Of a stretch of DNA of 32,000 nt, positions 1-10,483 are shown piece by piece. The notes beneath the pieces are model-generated. The model worked only from the letters and a program-made list of their open reading frames with translations, was not told the origin of the DNA and did no database searches. How positions within the stretch are numbered: the stretch's first letter is position 1; each line of letters starts with the position of its first letter. The DNA is from Trichodesmium erythraeum IMS101 (lineage in GTDB: Bacteria; Cyanobacteriota; Cyanobacteriia; Cyanobacteriales; Microcoleaceae), in NCBI RefSeq assembly GCF_000014265.1, contig NC_008312.1, positions 4,260,001 to 4,292,000 of the forward strand. The letters run 5' to 3'. The translations under genes and the position numbers were made by a program.

Positions 1-618
1 AGTGTTAATGATTACGCTCTAGGTCGTCATCCAGAATTATTAAGTATAGTAGGGCAAAATATTAGTGATAATTATGAAATTAAACAGAAAGAAGTTAAGG
101 AAATAGAGGATAGTTCTTTATTAGTGTTCAACAATATTAATGCTGTCAGTAATAGAAAAATAATTCCAGACTATCGACTGAAATTTAAAGAATTACAGGG
201 AAATATTGGAATTTTATGCAATGGTAAGGGTTTAACAATGGCTACTGTAGATATGGTTATACAAGCTCAGGGAAAACCAGCTAATTTTCTAAATATTAAG
301 CTAGGTGATTATTTGGAAGTTAAGAATAGTTTACGATCGCAAATGTTTACAGCTTTGGATTTAGTTAGTCAAAGAGACAATATTAAGGTGGTTTTAATAA
401 ACGTTATAGGTATAGTTGAAACAAGTGATGAGTTAATTACTATAGTATATGAATATTTGAATAAATTAACAAGTATAGACCAGAAAAAAATTCGGTTTGT
501 GCTGCGTTTATTAGGAGGTAGAATTAGCAAAGCTAGGGAACGTTTATCAGATCTACCTGTAGAGGTTATAGAAAACTTAGAGGATGCAGTGAGCCAGGCT
601 GTTTATTTGTCTAAATAG
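1..618 (+). CDS. sucC: Succinyl-CoA synthetase beta-subunit-like protein, C-terminal CoA-ligase domain (5' end lies upstream of the window; motifs degenerate)
   Basis: Frame 1 is open from base 1 (SVNDYALGRHPELL...) with no stop before the GTG at 124, so the gene enters from upstream. GNIGILCNGKGLTMATVDMV...KPANFLNI aligns with E. coli SucC [20 protein letters not shown]...EPANFLDV. The glycine motifs are eroded: IKLGD replaces VGGGA and NVIGIV replaces NIFGGI. Confidence 0.65.
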   Translation, partial: SVNDYALGRHPELLSIVGQNISDNYEIKQKEVKEIEDSSLLVFNNINAVSNRKIIPDYRLKFKELQGNIGILCNGKGLTMATVDMVIQAQGKPANFLNIKLGDYLEVKNSLRSQMFTALDLVSQRDNIKVVLINVIGIVETSDELITIVYEYLNKLTSIDQKKIRFVLRLLGGRISKARERLSDLPVEVIENLEDAVSQAVYLSK

Positions 619-1157
619 TGATAAGCACCTACACAAAATACTTGATAGAGTTTAATGTTTGCACAAGGATTGGATGTAGACTTCAATCAATATATAATTT
701 ATCTTATGTACTTGTTTAAAAAGAGAATAAATTACATGTAAATAATTTGAACTCAAATATAATTGATAGGTTATATAATTGCTGTTGCGTTATTATTTTC
801 TTGTTCTAATTAGGACTTGCTGAATATATTTATGGGTGAGGGTAAGAGGTATAGACCTACGAAATATTAAGGATCACCAGGCACGAACAATGGGAATGAC
901 GAACAATTTTTATGCCTTTAATAGCTCAAAATTAATTATTTTGAGACTTGTTTGTCCTAAAGACTGAACATTACATTTTTTCGACAAAAAAAAGCTCAAG
1001 TAATATTTGAGTAAGTGTTTTCCAGTTTTTTTGAGCTCATTCTCATTATTTGAGCTCATAAGAAGGCCAAGAATGTAGCTTGTATAGATGTGTAACTGAC
1101 TATTTAGTAATTTCCATATTGGTAATGTACACCTATTTGTTTTTTGCGTAGTAGTAG

Positions 1158-1184
1158 GTAGGGAAGTTGCTGCAACTTCCCTAC
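1158..1184. repeat. Perfect palindrome GTAGGGAAGTTGC-T-GCAACTTCCCTAC (13-bp arms) in the 690-bp sucC/sucD spacer
   Basis: Read directly from the sequence. No flanking T-run on either strand, so it is not a canonical intrinsic terminator. The TAGGGA(A/G) motif also recurs at 8635-8651 and 17375-17391 (CTAGGGAGTAGGGA). Confidence 0.6.
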
Positions 1185-1307
1185 GGTGATAATAGAAAAG
1201 AAAAAATAACTTTACCTCAGTAGCTTGAGAAATGCTATAAATAAAAACCTTTGATATGATAAATGATTGTTTGTGTAATAAATGCCTATATAAATAATGG
1301 CTAAAGT

Positions 1308-2180
1308 ATGATGAATTTAACTAAATATAGCAAAGTTATAGTTCAGGGTGTTACAGAAAAAATATCTACCCAGATAGCTTTAACAATGAGGTCTTGTGGG
1401 ACAAATGTGGTGGCAGGTATTAGTCCAGGAGAAGGGGGAGAAGAATGGCTAGGTATTCCTGTCTTTAGTTTGGTAGAGCAGGCAGTGGCAAAGATGGGTG
1501 TAATTGATACTAGCGTAATAGTTATGCCTGCTTATCAGGTATTAGATGCTGCTTTAGAGGCGATCACTTCGGGTCTCAAACAAATTGTGATTATTACAGA
1601 AGGTGTGCCTCCCCTGGATATGGTTAAGCTATTAAGAAAAGCTGAGACTACGGAAACTTTGATTGTTGGGCCAAACTGTGCAGGTATTATTATACCAGAG
1701 AAGCTGTTACTGGGTACTCATCCAACTCAGTTTTATACTCCAGGTCCAATAGGCATCATTAGTCGTAGCAATACTCTGACTTATGAGGTTGCCTGGGAAC
1801 TAACAAGGTCAAGGTTGGGACAGTCTATTTGTGTGAGTCTTGGTTGCGATCCAATTGTAGGTTCTTCTTTCTTGCAGTGGTTGCAAATATTAGATGAGGA
1901 TGACCAGACAGAGTTAATTGTGTTAGTGGGAGAAGTTGGTGGTGTAGCTGAAGAACTAGCAGCTTCTTATATTTCAGAGACAATTGATAAACCTGTAATT
2001 GCTTATATTGCTGGTACTTGCGCTCCGATAAATCAAAATTATAGTCCTGTTAATTGTTTAATTAGTAATAAAGTTGTTCGTGAAATTGAAAGTGAAAGAA
2101 CTGGAGCTTTTGAAGGAGCTAATATACCAGTTGCAAAGCGACCCTCTGATATTCCAAGTTTAGTTAGAAATTTACTGTAA
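1308..2180 (+). CDS. sucD: Succinyl-CoA synthetase alpha-subunit-like protein lacking the phosphohistidine loop
   Basis: KVIVQGVT..., NVVAGISPGEGG..GIPVF, IVGPNCAGII and VSLGCDP follow the SucD fold. GxTGxxG is GVTEKIS. The position of the MGHAGA phosphohistidine loop reads YSPVNC. Confidence 0.7.
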   Translation: MMNLTKYSKVIVQGVTEKISTQIALTMRSCGTNVVAGISPGEGGEEWLGIPVFSLVEQAVAKMGVIDTSVIVMPAYQVLDAALEAITSGLKQIVIITEGVPPLDMVKLLRKAETTETLIVGPNCAGIIIPEKLLLGTHPTQFYTPGPIGIISRSNTLTYEVAWELTRSRLGQSICVSLGCDPIVGSSFLQWLQILDEDDQTELIVLVGEVGGVAEELAASYISETIDKPVIAYIAGTCAPINQNYSPVNCLISNKVVREIESERTGAFEGANIPVAKRPSDIPSLVRNLL

Positions 2181-2903
2181 AAGAATTACATTTAATACTA
2201 TTGAATATGGTGTTTAGTTGAGTGGTTATTATTCATAACGATAGAAGATTAACACTAGAATATGTTCATGAATTTTAAGGGGACAAGGTTTATGAGTATA
2301 TTTAGGATCATTCTCATAATTTTTGTTATTAAGTTTAGTTCAACTTGCACACTTATTTATCTAAAAAATTCACCACAATTTTACTGTCAATAATTCCCTA
2401 ATGTATTGCAAAATTTAATTTGTTTTTATATCTCATTAGTCCTCACACATTAATTATTTTACAGGGATAAAAAATCATGTTATGAATAATAAGGGCGTAT
2501 CAATTGACTTTACAGGATATGTCTCTTTGAGTAATAGGATAAATTATAATCTAAAAAATTAGATCGAAGCTATTCCCTTATGACTCTTGAATCCTAACTT
2601 ATCAAGGATTACCTAACTATTTGTAGTAAATATTTATCACTTTTTGGATTATAGAAACCGGGTTTATGGAAGATAGATTTAAGTGTGTTAGGACATCTAA
2701 TAAAAAACTGTTTTGTTTTATTGATCTATCTTTCAGGTAGACTATACTTGTAATGATTTTGGGTTAATTTACAATGAGTCAATTTGAGCATTAAACTATA
2801 TATAGATCCTGATTTAAATTGACTGAATGTTTAACTTTAGCATTATCTTGCTTTAGATTGATCATAATGTCAATCAAAATTCCTGTAGAAATTGTTGATT
2901 TAA

Positions 2904-2935
2904 TCGTCAAACTTTTAGTTGAAATTTTCGTCAAA
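2904..2935 (+). promoter_or_regulatory. Putative operator: direct repeat TCGTCAAA (2904-2911 and 2928-2935) upstream of the XRE regulator gene
   Basis: Two exact 8-mers spaced 24 bp apart, 35-65 bp upstream of the GTG start at 2970. The position fits autoregulation by an HTH repressor. No other support. Confidence 0.2.
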
Positions 2936-2969
2936 GTAGTCTAAAATACAGACCAGGAGGTAGAAAGTC

Positions 2970-3311
2970 GTGGGAAAGAGTTTTGGAAAGCTAATTAGAA
3001 AAGTCCGGAAGGACAAAGGATATTCCCAAAGGGAGTTGGCCAAGCACTTAGGAGTGGACTTCACCTATTTGTCCAAGCTAGAAAACGATCGCGCTGACTA
3101 TGCGCCAAAAGAAGAAGTGATTCGCGGATTAGCGAAGAATCTCAATTTGAATCCAGAGGAATTGATTTTCCTGGCTGGTAGAATTCCTCAACAGTATGAG
3201 GAGGTTCTCAAACAAAACCCAAGAGAGATGCAAGTATTATTTCAACGAATGAAAGAAAATCCTGAGTTTGCTTATGAAATATCTCAAACGGCAAGGGAGA
3301 ATAAGCGATGA
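2970..3311 (+). CDS. XRE/Cro-family helix-turn-helix transcriptional regulator
   Basis: GTG start preceded by AGGAGG about 10 nt upstream. KLIRKVRKDKGYSQRELAKHLGVDFTYLSKLENDR is a textbook HTH_3 motif. Confidence 0.85.
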   Translation: MGKSFGKLIRKVRKDKGYSQRELAKHLGVDFTYLSKLENDRADYAPKEEVIRGLAKNLNLNPEELIFLAGRIPQQYEEVLKQNPREMQVLFQRMKENPEFAYEISQTARENKR

Positions 3312-3880
3312 GTATCCTCAAACCCTATAGCTTTTATGTCAAAGAGTTGATTTAGTATCAGGTAAATTATTTTCTGACGGGAATGCACAAAAGCACAAAT
3401 TTTTCTCCCAAATGGCCTTTTCATGCTTCTTTAGTGGCTGATTTTTGGGATTTGGGAGTAGTTTAGAATTATATTCCCCCTGATGAAGGGGCAGCGATCG
3501 CTGCTTGAATATTAAGAACTAAACAAGTTATTGAAATCAATGAGGAAATTTTAGAAAAGTATCAATGGTTTCAAGAATCAACTTTTGCTTATAAAATTAG
3601 TAATTGGGTGCTACATCTGAATCTAGACAAAGGATAGGTGCTTGTAGAACACTTAAAACTCGATTTCAATGATTATGGAAAAGCAAAAGAGTCAGAACAA
3701 GCTCGCGGTGTAGAAGGCAATAAAATAGACTCTGTTGAATGGCAAGCACAATATTTTGTAAGTTGTTTATTAATGCCAAAATCAATTCTGAAAGAGAAAA
3801 GAGAAAGCAGGAACTTAAGTAAGTGGTCAAAGCTTGATGAAATCAAAGATGAGATAGGTGTAAGTACTTCTAAAATTTAA
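3308..3880 (+). pseudogene. ImmA/IrrE-family (DUF955) metallopeptidase pseudogene, partner of the XRE gene
   Basis: ATG at 3308 overlaps the XRE stop (ATGA). One continuous frame runs 3308-3880 but has four in-frame stops: TAG 3353-3355, TAG 3464-3466, TGA 3506-3508, TAG 3635-3637. The expected Zn-binding HEIGHWVLH reads YKISNWVLH (about 3590-3616). The downstream EWQAQYFVSCLLMP matches the family's E-x2-A-N-x-FA-x2-LLMP motif. Confidence 0.65.
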
Positions 3881-4766
3881 TACTCTCAATAATACTTTTT
3901 GTTTTTCACAAAAGTTACTGTTACCTTTTTTGTCTAGATTGGCAAGGTAAATTGGTATAATGTGATAGTGATTAACTAGGCAGACAACTAATAAATTTAC
4001 GACACTAAATTTAGTCTAATCTAATCATTAGATACAACTCTTCATTTTTTTTAAAGGTCTGATTAACCTAATCTTTGAAAGTAGGAAACTATAAGTTTTA
4101 AAACTTGATTTGCTGATCTGATAAAAATCTTTGTAAATTCTAGAGACTCGTCTCAAATTGAATATATTTTTGTATTTTATTAGCCCAAGTTTCCCAGAGT
4201 ATTCACCTATAGTTTTGGAGTAGAACAATTAAATTTTTTAAATTATCTAGATATTACTGGTTAATTGATTTTAATTATGTTTATGGTATTATGAAAATAA
4301 TTTATTTATTATTATTAAATAATTATTGTTGACAAAAACTAGGCTTATGTTTTGGTTAATCCTGAATATTGAGTACTTTTGAACTCTTTTGTTATCTATC
4401 TAATTGTGGGAGCAATTCCTGTTAAACTACTGCCTTCAATGTGAGCCTGTAGAACTGTATACATTTGTTAAGGTTGAATTTTTCTGCTATGGTATTAAAC
4501 TGTCGAAAGCGTTACTGAAATTGGTTGACATTTAAGATAATAATATATTTGACTTTCTTGACTCCATGTATCAGAGATTTGTGATGGCCACGTGTAGAAC
4601 ATTTCATGATGATTGAAAGTATTTGTTGACAATGATTATATGATCATTCCCAAACTTTCTTAATGCACTATCCTAGTTTCTAAGTTGCTTGAAAACAATA
4701 TATAGGAGTATTTTTTTGGTGATGACATAATTGATTTACTTATAGAATATGAAAAGTTATTAATGG

Positions 4767-5138
4767 TTAACTCAAAGATAGAGGTAAATCTTCAGAAACA
4801 ATATTTTTTAAGTCTAACATTAGGTTTTCATTACTTCTGTGAGCTTCCCAAATTCCAGAATTAAATCTATTTATTAGCCATTGCCCCTGGATAAAATTTT
4901 CATCTTCAGAAATAGTCCCAACATAATTAATAATGTATTGTGAACCTATGAGATATTGCTTTGCAAAATTAATCTTATGTCCAATAACTTTACCGCTTAA
5001 TGTAGCTTCTCCTAGATAATTACCGTCTAGAATATTGCCACTTAAGGTATTACCACCTTGAATAAAGGTAGCTTCAAATCTTGTAGGATTTGTTTGTTGC
5101 CAATAAGTACCTAGCCAAGTTCCACTTAAATTTGCCAT
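4767..5138 (-). CDS. Hypothetical small beta-rich protein (start placed at MANLSGTW...)
   Basis: ORF 4767..5216. The repeated G-x-W/G-x-Y beta-strand pattern (SGTWLGTYWQ ... IQGQWLI ... SGIWEAHR) begins at the internal Met at 5138. The upstream 26 codons look like non-coding read-through. No family name recognised. Confidence 0.45.
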   Translation of the reverse strand: MANLSGTWLGTYWQQTNPTRFEATFIQGGNTLSGNILDGNYLGEATLSGKVIGHKINFAKQYLIGSQYIINYVGTISEDENFIQGQWLINRFNSGIWEAHRSNENLMLDLKNIVSEDLPLSLS

Positions 5139-6019
5139 GATAACTGAATTTGTATTTAATACAAAATTGGAAATTCGAAAAATAAGCTTACAGCAGTTTT
5201 TGTGATATTGGTACAACCAAAAAAGGACTACTATAAGTATCTATATAGAACTATAGGGCAATTCATTTAACTAGTCTTAAGAGTAAGGAAGCAAAATATA
5301 ATTATATACTTAAGCAGGAGATATAAAAATAATTTGATTTAGTTATAGTAATTTGCCCATTGGTGGTGATAATTTTTATAATGGTTAATTTGAACTAAAA
5401 ACCTTTAAAATTAAGACGATAACTTCTAATTTTGTACATGATATCTTAATAAATATATTAATGGAAATAGATTATAGTAGAAAGACTATTTGCTGTTCCT
5501 AGGAAATTTTTGATAATTATCCTCAGTCAATCAAGTATTTTCTCTTATTTAATTTAATATATGTATAAAGTTTTGAATTTGATGGCAGATTTTAATCCGC
5601 CAGAGATGTTGAACAAAATATAAAATTTCAATCTTTCCCTTTTCAGGGGATGAAAAAATCTAACTCTAATTTTTCTTGGTTTCAGTTTTAGAGGTCGGTA
5701 CTGATAATTAAAATGACGCCTAGAAAAAATTTTACTACTACAGCTAAGTTGATAAATAGGGCATTTTGGCCAAAAAACTCAATATAGATTCGGGTAGAGA
5801 AGTACTTATACTATAATCTAGTAGCCATAATTAATTAAAACCTTAATCAATTTTTATATTTTATTCTCAAGTCGGATATTATAAAATATAGGGTGCAAAC
5901 TCCTGTCGTATAATTTATTCCTAGTGAAAACCAAAGTATAAAAATCAGGTACAGTTAATCTTAAATATAAAAATCAAGAAAGTTTAAATTATCTTTAAAA
6001 ATAAATTATTGAGAGAAAA

Positions 6020-6961
6020 ATGAGCAGAAATAAACAATTATTAAATCAACATAAACAATTATCTGAACCTCAAGAAAGTGATTTTTTGAAAGCATTTAGT
6101 CAGGCTCCAATAGGTGCATCAACTTGGAATTGGATTTTAAGTCATCCTCGTACTGAAAAAAATCAAATGTTCCTACCTATGTCGACAATATCTGACTTGA
6201 CGACAGATTATGAACCATTATTTTTATTGAAACTTTCTTCAGGGAAAAGTTGGGATTTAGAAAGTCCTTTGAAAGTGACTGCTAAAGCTGGAGTTTTTTT
6301 CACAAAAGTAGGCTCTATTTCTGTTGCACCACTACATGTTCTATTCCAGTTATCGGGAAATGATTATATTTATCAAGTTTGGATTAATCATTATGGAGGA
6401 AATATTTTACCAACTCCATTGGATAAGTTGGAAAAAATGCCATATTTAACTTTATTGTTAATAGAAGATAAGTCTAAGCCAGAAAGGTTGATTAAAATTG
6501 AGAATCAAATAAATTGGTCATATTTGAAAGCTCAAATAGAATCAGTTGCATCTTGGAATTTGGAAGCTTTTAATGCAGTAAAATCTCTAGGATATTCTGC
6601 TCAAAAATTATGGGACAGAATAACAGAGAAAGAAGTTAGGCAAAGAACAATAACTAAGTTAAATGATCGCTTTAGGAATGGAGATAAAAGTCTGGGAGAA
6701 TATAAAATGAGTCGGCAAGTATTAGCATTGTCGAGAAAAAAACAAAAAGAACTATTTAAAGAAATTCAAGATTTTTGTGATTTTACACCTGAAAATGACC
6801 CTGAGGGTCAACATGAAATGGGTAAAGTGATGATGGATGGTGTGGAATATGTTTGGAAAATTGACTATCTAGATACAAGTATGATTATGTTATCAGATGT
6901 ACCAGAAGATATAAATAGAACTACTAGGGTATTGTTAGTAATACGAGAGGATGAATGTTGA
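6020..6961 (+). CDS. Hypothetical protein with C-terminal DUF3768-like domain
   Basis: C-terminus FCDFTPENDPEGQHEMGKVMMDGVEYVWKIDYLD...DVPEDINRTTRVLLVIREDE matches the DUF3768 signature as I recall it (F-x-F-x-p-d-NDP-x-GEHDFG ... FWKIDYYD ... DPxD...TxRVLTIML). The N-terminal ~230 aa are unrecognised. Confidence 0.55.
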   Translation: MSRNKQLLNQHKQLSEPQESDFLKAFSQAPIGASTWNWILSHPRTEKNQMFLPMSTISDLTTDYEPLFLLKLSSGKSWDLESPLKVTAKAGVFFTKVGSISVAPLHVLFQLSGNDYIYQVWINHYGGNILPTPLDKLEKMPYLTLLLIEDKSKPERLIKIENQINWSYLKAQIESVASWNLEAFNAVKSLGYSAQKLWDRITEKEVRQRTITKLNDRFRNGDKSLGEYKMSRQVLALSRKKQKELFKEIQDFCDFTPENDPEGQHEMGKVMMDGVEYVWKIDYLDTSMIMLSDVPEDINRTTRVLLVIREDEC

Positions 6962-7521
6962 TATCACGCACTTATGGCTGAGGTCAGAAGTCATAGCTCA
7001 GAAGTTAAATTGGCAGTATTGACTATGTTTGGAGAAGATTGAGAATGTTCTAAAGGTTATGGCAACTGCTATATTTGACGGCTTGAAATTAATGGTTAGT
7101 ATTCGGTGGAAAAGGAAAAAAAAGAAGTATCTTATTGCTTAGAAAATTTATGTTTTAGTACAAATAAATTTTTTGATAACGTTGTCGTTGTTCTCCAAAT
7201 CATTTCTGATTTTTCTATATATTTTCTACCTGATCTAAAAAGAATTAATTATCTTGATGTATAAACATTCAGTTTTGAGTCCTTAGCTATTGATACTTAA
7301 ACATTTTCTGGTTGAAAAAATGAGCAAAGTTTAGTCTAATTACTTCAATGGTAAAAAAATTGTTATAACCTTTGCTCTCTTTGGGTTTATATCTTTTTTA
7401 GTTCAAAGGTTTTGTCTGTTTATATTTGAGCCTATTTTCTGACTCCATGGCGGTTTTTGTCCGAGTATTAGTTTCATCGCCATATTCATATGTATATATA
7501 ATTAATGAGGGTTGAAAAAAA

Positions 7522-8625
7522 GTGATTTTAGGAAAAGCTACAGCAATAAAAACTAAGCATTATTCTGAACTTCATCAAATAGAATGTCTGCCAGAACACT
7601 TCCGAGAATTTAATAATTTTACTGCTAGTTCAATAGGTATCGGTACATATCTAGGTTCTTCGGATACAGCTACAGATAATTTAGTGACAGAAGCTATTCT
7701 TAAATCAGTAAAAGGTGGAATAAATTTAATAGATACTGCTATAAATTATCGGTCTCAGCACGGGGAAATAAGTCTAAAAAAAGCTCTACTTAAATTAATA
7801 GAATCAAAAACTGTATCACGAGAAGAATTAGTTATTTGTTCTAAAGGTGGTTTTATTCCTAACCGAGCAAGAGAAGAGTGGTTTAAAGGAGAATATATAA
7901 ATAACTCTAAGTTTAATATTCAAGAAACAGATCTGGTGGCGGGAATTCACTGTATGCACCCAGAATATATTCAAGACCAGCTAGAACGCAGCTTAATTAA
8001 TTTGGGTATAGAAACTATTGATGTTTATTACTTGCATAACCCAGAAACTCAGTTAGGAATTATTTCTACGGATGAATTTTATCGTCGTCTGAAAGCAGTT
8101 TTTTCAGTGCTAGAAAAGGCTGCTCATGCTGGTAAAATAACTTCTTATGGCATAGCTACTTGGCAAGGTTTTCGGGTGCAGCCAACTGATCCAAAACATA
8201 TTGACTTAAGTAAAACTAAGTCTATTGCTCAAGAAGTAGCAGGGGGAAAAGGCGATCACTTCCAATTCATTCAACTACCAGTTAATTTAGCAATGTTGGA
8301 AGCTGTTATTACTCCTACTCAATTTGTAGATGGCAAAATTTTACCGGCTATTACTGCAGCCAATAAACTTGGGATAAATGCGATCGCTAGTGCTTCTATT
8401 GCTCAAGCTAAAAACTTCGAGCAGTTGCCAAAAAAAATTATGACTGCCCTTAGTAAGAGCCTGAAAACAGATGCGCTATCTGCTCTCCAGTTTACCCGTA
8501 GTGTTCCTGGTTTATGTTCGGCTCTGGTGGGGATGAAGTCTCCTGAGCATGTGGCGGAAAATTTAACATTAACTAGTATTCCTCTATTAAATGCTGCTGA
8601 CTTTGCTGAGTTGATAGGTGAATAG
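7522..8625 (+). CDS. Aldo/keto reductase family oxidoreductase
   Basis: IGIGTYLG, GINLIDTAINY, ELVICSKGG, IDVYYLHNPE and SALVGMKSPEHVAENL are typical AKR motifs. GTG start. Confidence 0.85.
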   Translation: MILGKATAIKTKHYSELHQIECLPEHFREFNNFTASSIGIGTYLGSSDTATDNLVTEAILKSVKGGINLIDTAINYRSQHGEISLKKALLKLIESKTVSREELVICSKGGFIPNRAREEWFKGEYINNSKFNIQETDLVAGIHCMHPEYIQDQLERSLINLGIETIDVYYLHNPETQLGIISTDEFYRRLKAVFSVLEKAAHAGKITSYGIATWQGFRVQPTDPKHIDLSKTKSIAQEVAGGKGDHFQFIQLPVNLAMLEAVITPTQFVDGKILPAITAANKLGINAIASASIAQAKNFEQLPKKIMTALSKSLKTDALSALQFTRSVPGLCSALVGMKSPEHVAENLTLTSIPLLNAADFAELIGE

Positions 8626-8905
8626 GTTAAGAACTAGGGAGTAGGGAGCAATTTGTGGTGTTGGATCTTACTGGGTATATTTGTATCTCACGGCTAGCGG
8701 TAAGTCCTTTATTATTATGGGAAATTAAAGAAGGTAGCGATCGCGCACCTCACTCTCACAGTAAGCATTCAATAGTAGGAATATTTGCATCCTTGCTGAA
8801 TATGAAATATTTTTTTTACGAAATTAAGTAAATTTGATATCATATAAAAATATGAATTAACCAATTTGTTAATCTATAAATTATGTAGCTGAAGTCGACA
8901 CTAAG

Positions 8906-9508
8906 ATGTCTTATAGTCAATTTAATCTAGAAACAGTTGAACAAACTTTTGGGCTGAATATTCTTGAAAGTCTGGAACTTTTCGCTACAATTCCAGAGGT
9001 AAAAATTAGCGATTTCTTAAAACAATGTCTGCAATATAATACTCCTATTGCTTTAGAAATTGCTACGGAAAAAGCTAGATCAGAAATGATTATTACACCA
9101 ATTTTGATTGAGTTAAAAAAACAATTTGAGTCAAATATTAGTCTGTTTTCTGGTAGAGAATTTAATGTGGATAGTCAATTAGGATTGATTGGTTATTGTG
9201 ATTTTATTATCAGTAAATCTCCTTCTCAATTAATAATTAAATCTCCGGTTGCTATAATTTTGGAAGCCAAAAATGATAATATTCAATCAGGTTTAGGTCA
9301 GTGTATTGCTGAGATGGTAGCAGCACAAATATTTAATCGACGGCAAAACAAGAATTATACAATTTATGGCTGTGTTACTACTGGTACTAACTGGAAATTT
9401 ATGAAGTTATTTGATCAAGTAGTAAGGGTTGATCCTAATGAGTATTTCTTGAATAATATTGGTAAGTTGATGGGAATTTTAAGAAGTTTTATTGAGTCAG
9501 AAGGTTAA
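8906..9508 (+). CDS. PD-(D/E)XK-type (HsdR-N-like) putative nuclease-fold protein, paralogue of 23570..24199
   Basis: GYCDFIIS...VAIILEAKN...Q gives a D-x(n)-E-x-K arrangement. It is collinear with the 209-aa protein at 23570 (GKIDILVY...WVLVIEAKR...Q; both start with L-x2-x-FGL and end with G-x-VT-x-G-x2-[WF]-x-F-x-KL). Confidence 0.55.
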   Translation: MSYSQFNLETVEQTFGLNILESLELFATIPEVKISDFLKQCLQYNTPIALEIATEKARSEMIITPILIELKKQFESNISLFSGREFNVDSQLGLIGYCDFIISKSPSQLIIKSPVAIILEAKNDNIQSGLGQCIAEMVAAQIFNRRQNKNYTIYGCVTTGTNWKFMKLFDQVVRVDPNEYFLNNIGKLMGILRSFIESEG

Positions 9509-10000
9509 GATTAGATAGGAATTATATTATTTATCAAAATCTTTTTTACATTTTATTGAGCAGAAAAGTATGGAAGTATTGAGGTAGAGGTAAAAGTAAA
9601 TATAATAATAATTAATATTAACTTAGCTTAAATTATTAATAAGGTGATTTTGCTTGTATTAATTCTTGAATAAATTTGGTAATTGGTATTACCCATCTAC
9701 TACGAAAGTATTGACTTGAGATTACTATTCTGATGGACTACGGCTGGAACTCTGTCCCTGGTAATGACAAAAATATATTTTAGGGTATAAGTTCTGATGA
9801 TAATTAATTTCCTGGTATGTAGGAATGTATATTAGTTGATTTTGAATTAAGTTTAGTTGAAGTTTATGGTGGACAATAGGAGAAAATCTAGATTTGCAAT
9901 TATTCTGCAGCGGGGAAAGTGATGGCTAATTAGGGTTTGTTGAAAAAGTCTTTTTAAGGAGCCGAAAACCCACTTTTAACTTTTCCTGGGAAGGCTAGTT

Positions 10001-10079
10001 GGATATATTTGTCTCTTGATTTTTCTGGCATTGTTAGCCCAAAATGCTATTTTTTTAACTTTGAAAAACCGAAAACCAG
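10001..10079 (+). repeat. Left arm of an imperfect ~80-bp inverted repeat flanking the DUF4332-like gene
   Basis: GGATATATTT...CTTGATTTTT...AGCCCA...CTTTGAAAAACCGAAAACCAG matches the reverse complement of 11218-11297 (GGATATATTT...CTTAATTTTT...AGCCCA...CCTTGAAAACCGAAAATCAG). Roughly 70% identity by eye, best at both ends. Confidence 0.45.
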
Positions 10080-10483
10080 GGACTTTTTTTGACTAGGAAA
10101 AGGCTAGTACCTTTATGTGTTAATGCTTTGATGTTTAATCAGGAAGCCCTAATTACAGTATGGAATTTCAATATGTTTTTTGTTTTTGTATAAGAGGAGG
10201 TTATGGCTAAAGTCAGAAAGTAGGAATTTAGAATTTAGAAGTCAGGTTATTAAGTTGTTAAAGGACTTATAGCTGGTTTTGGGCAAATGATGTGGGGAGA
10301 TCTTGCCCTGGTAGGCGTGTCCTATAAACCTGAAATATGCTGTCTGTAGGGAAACCCAGAAATCCAGTTTTTTTTGCTAAAGTATTCTGAAAAAACAATG
10401 ATTTATCGTAAAAACTGGTTTTTTTTGGTTGGTCCTAGTTTTAATGATGATCGATAAAAAATTCAAAAATACAATAAATAAAT

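Noticed and set aside
1158-1184. The palindrome as a rho-independent terminator for sucC
   Set aside because: No U-tract follows on either strand, and a 1-nt centre cannot form the loop without melting the stem. It is kept only as a repeat or possible protein-binding palindrome.
4028-4228. 66-aa minus-strand ORF. Also 10970..11179 (+), 13490..13714 (+), 23393..23596 (-), 29827..30015 (+) and 31097..31414 (+).
   Set aside because: They are short, lack an RBS, and lie in AT-rich spacers or overlap better genes. The sequences are Lys/Ile/Phe-rich as expected from AT-rich non-coding DNA, and several use non-ATG starts.
5625-5657. Single CRISPR-repeat-like sequence ATTTCAATCTTTCCCTTTTCAGGGGATGAAAAA with a small internal hairpin
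   Set aside because: There is only one copy and no second repeat at any spacing nearby, so it cannot be called an array or even a confident relic.
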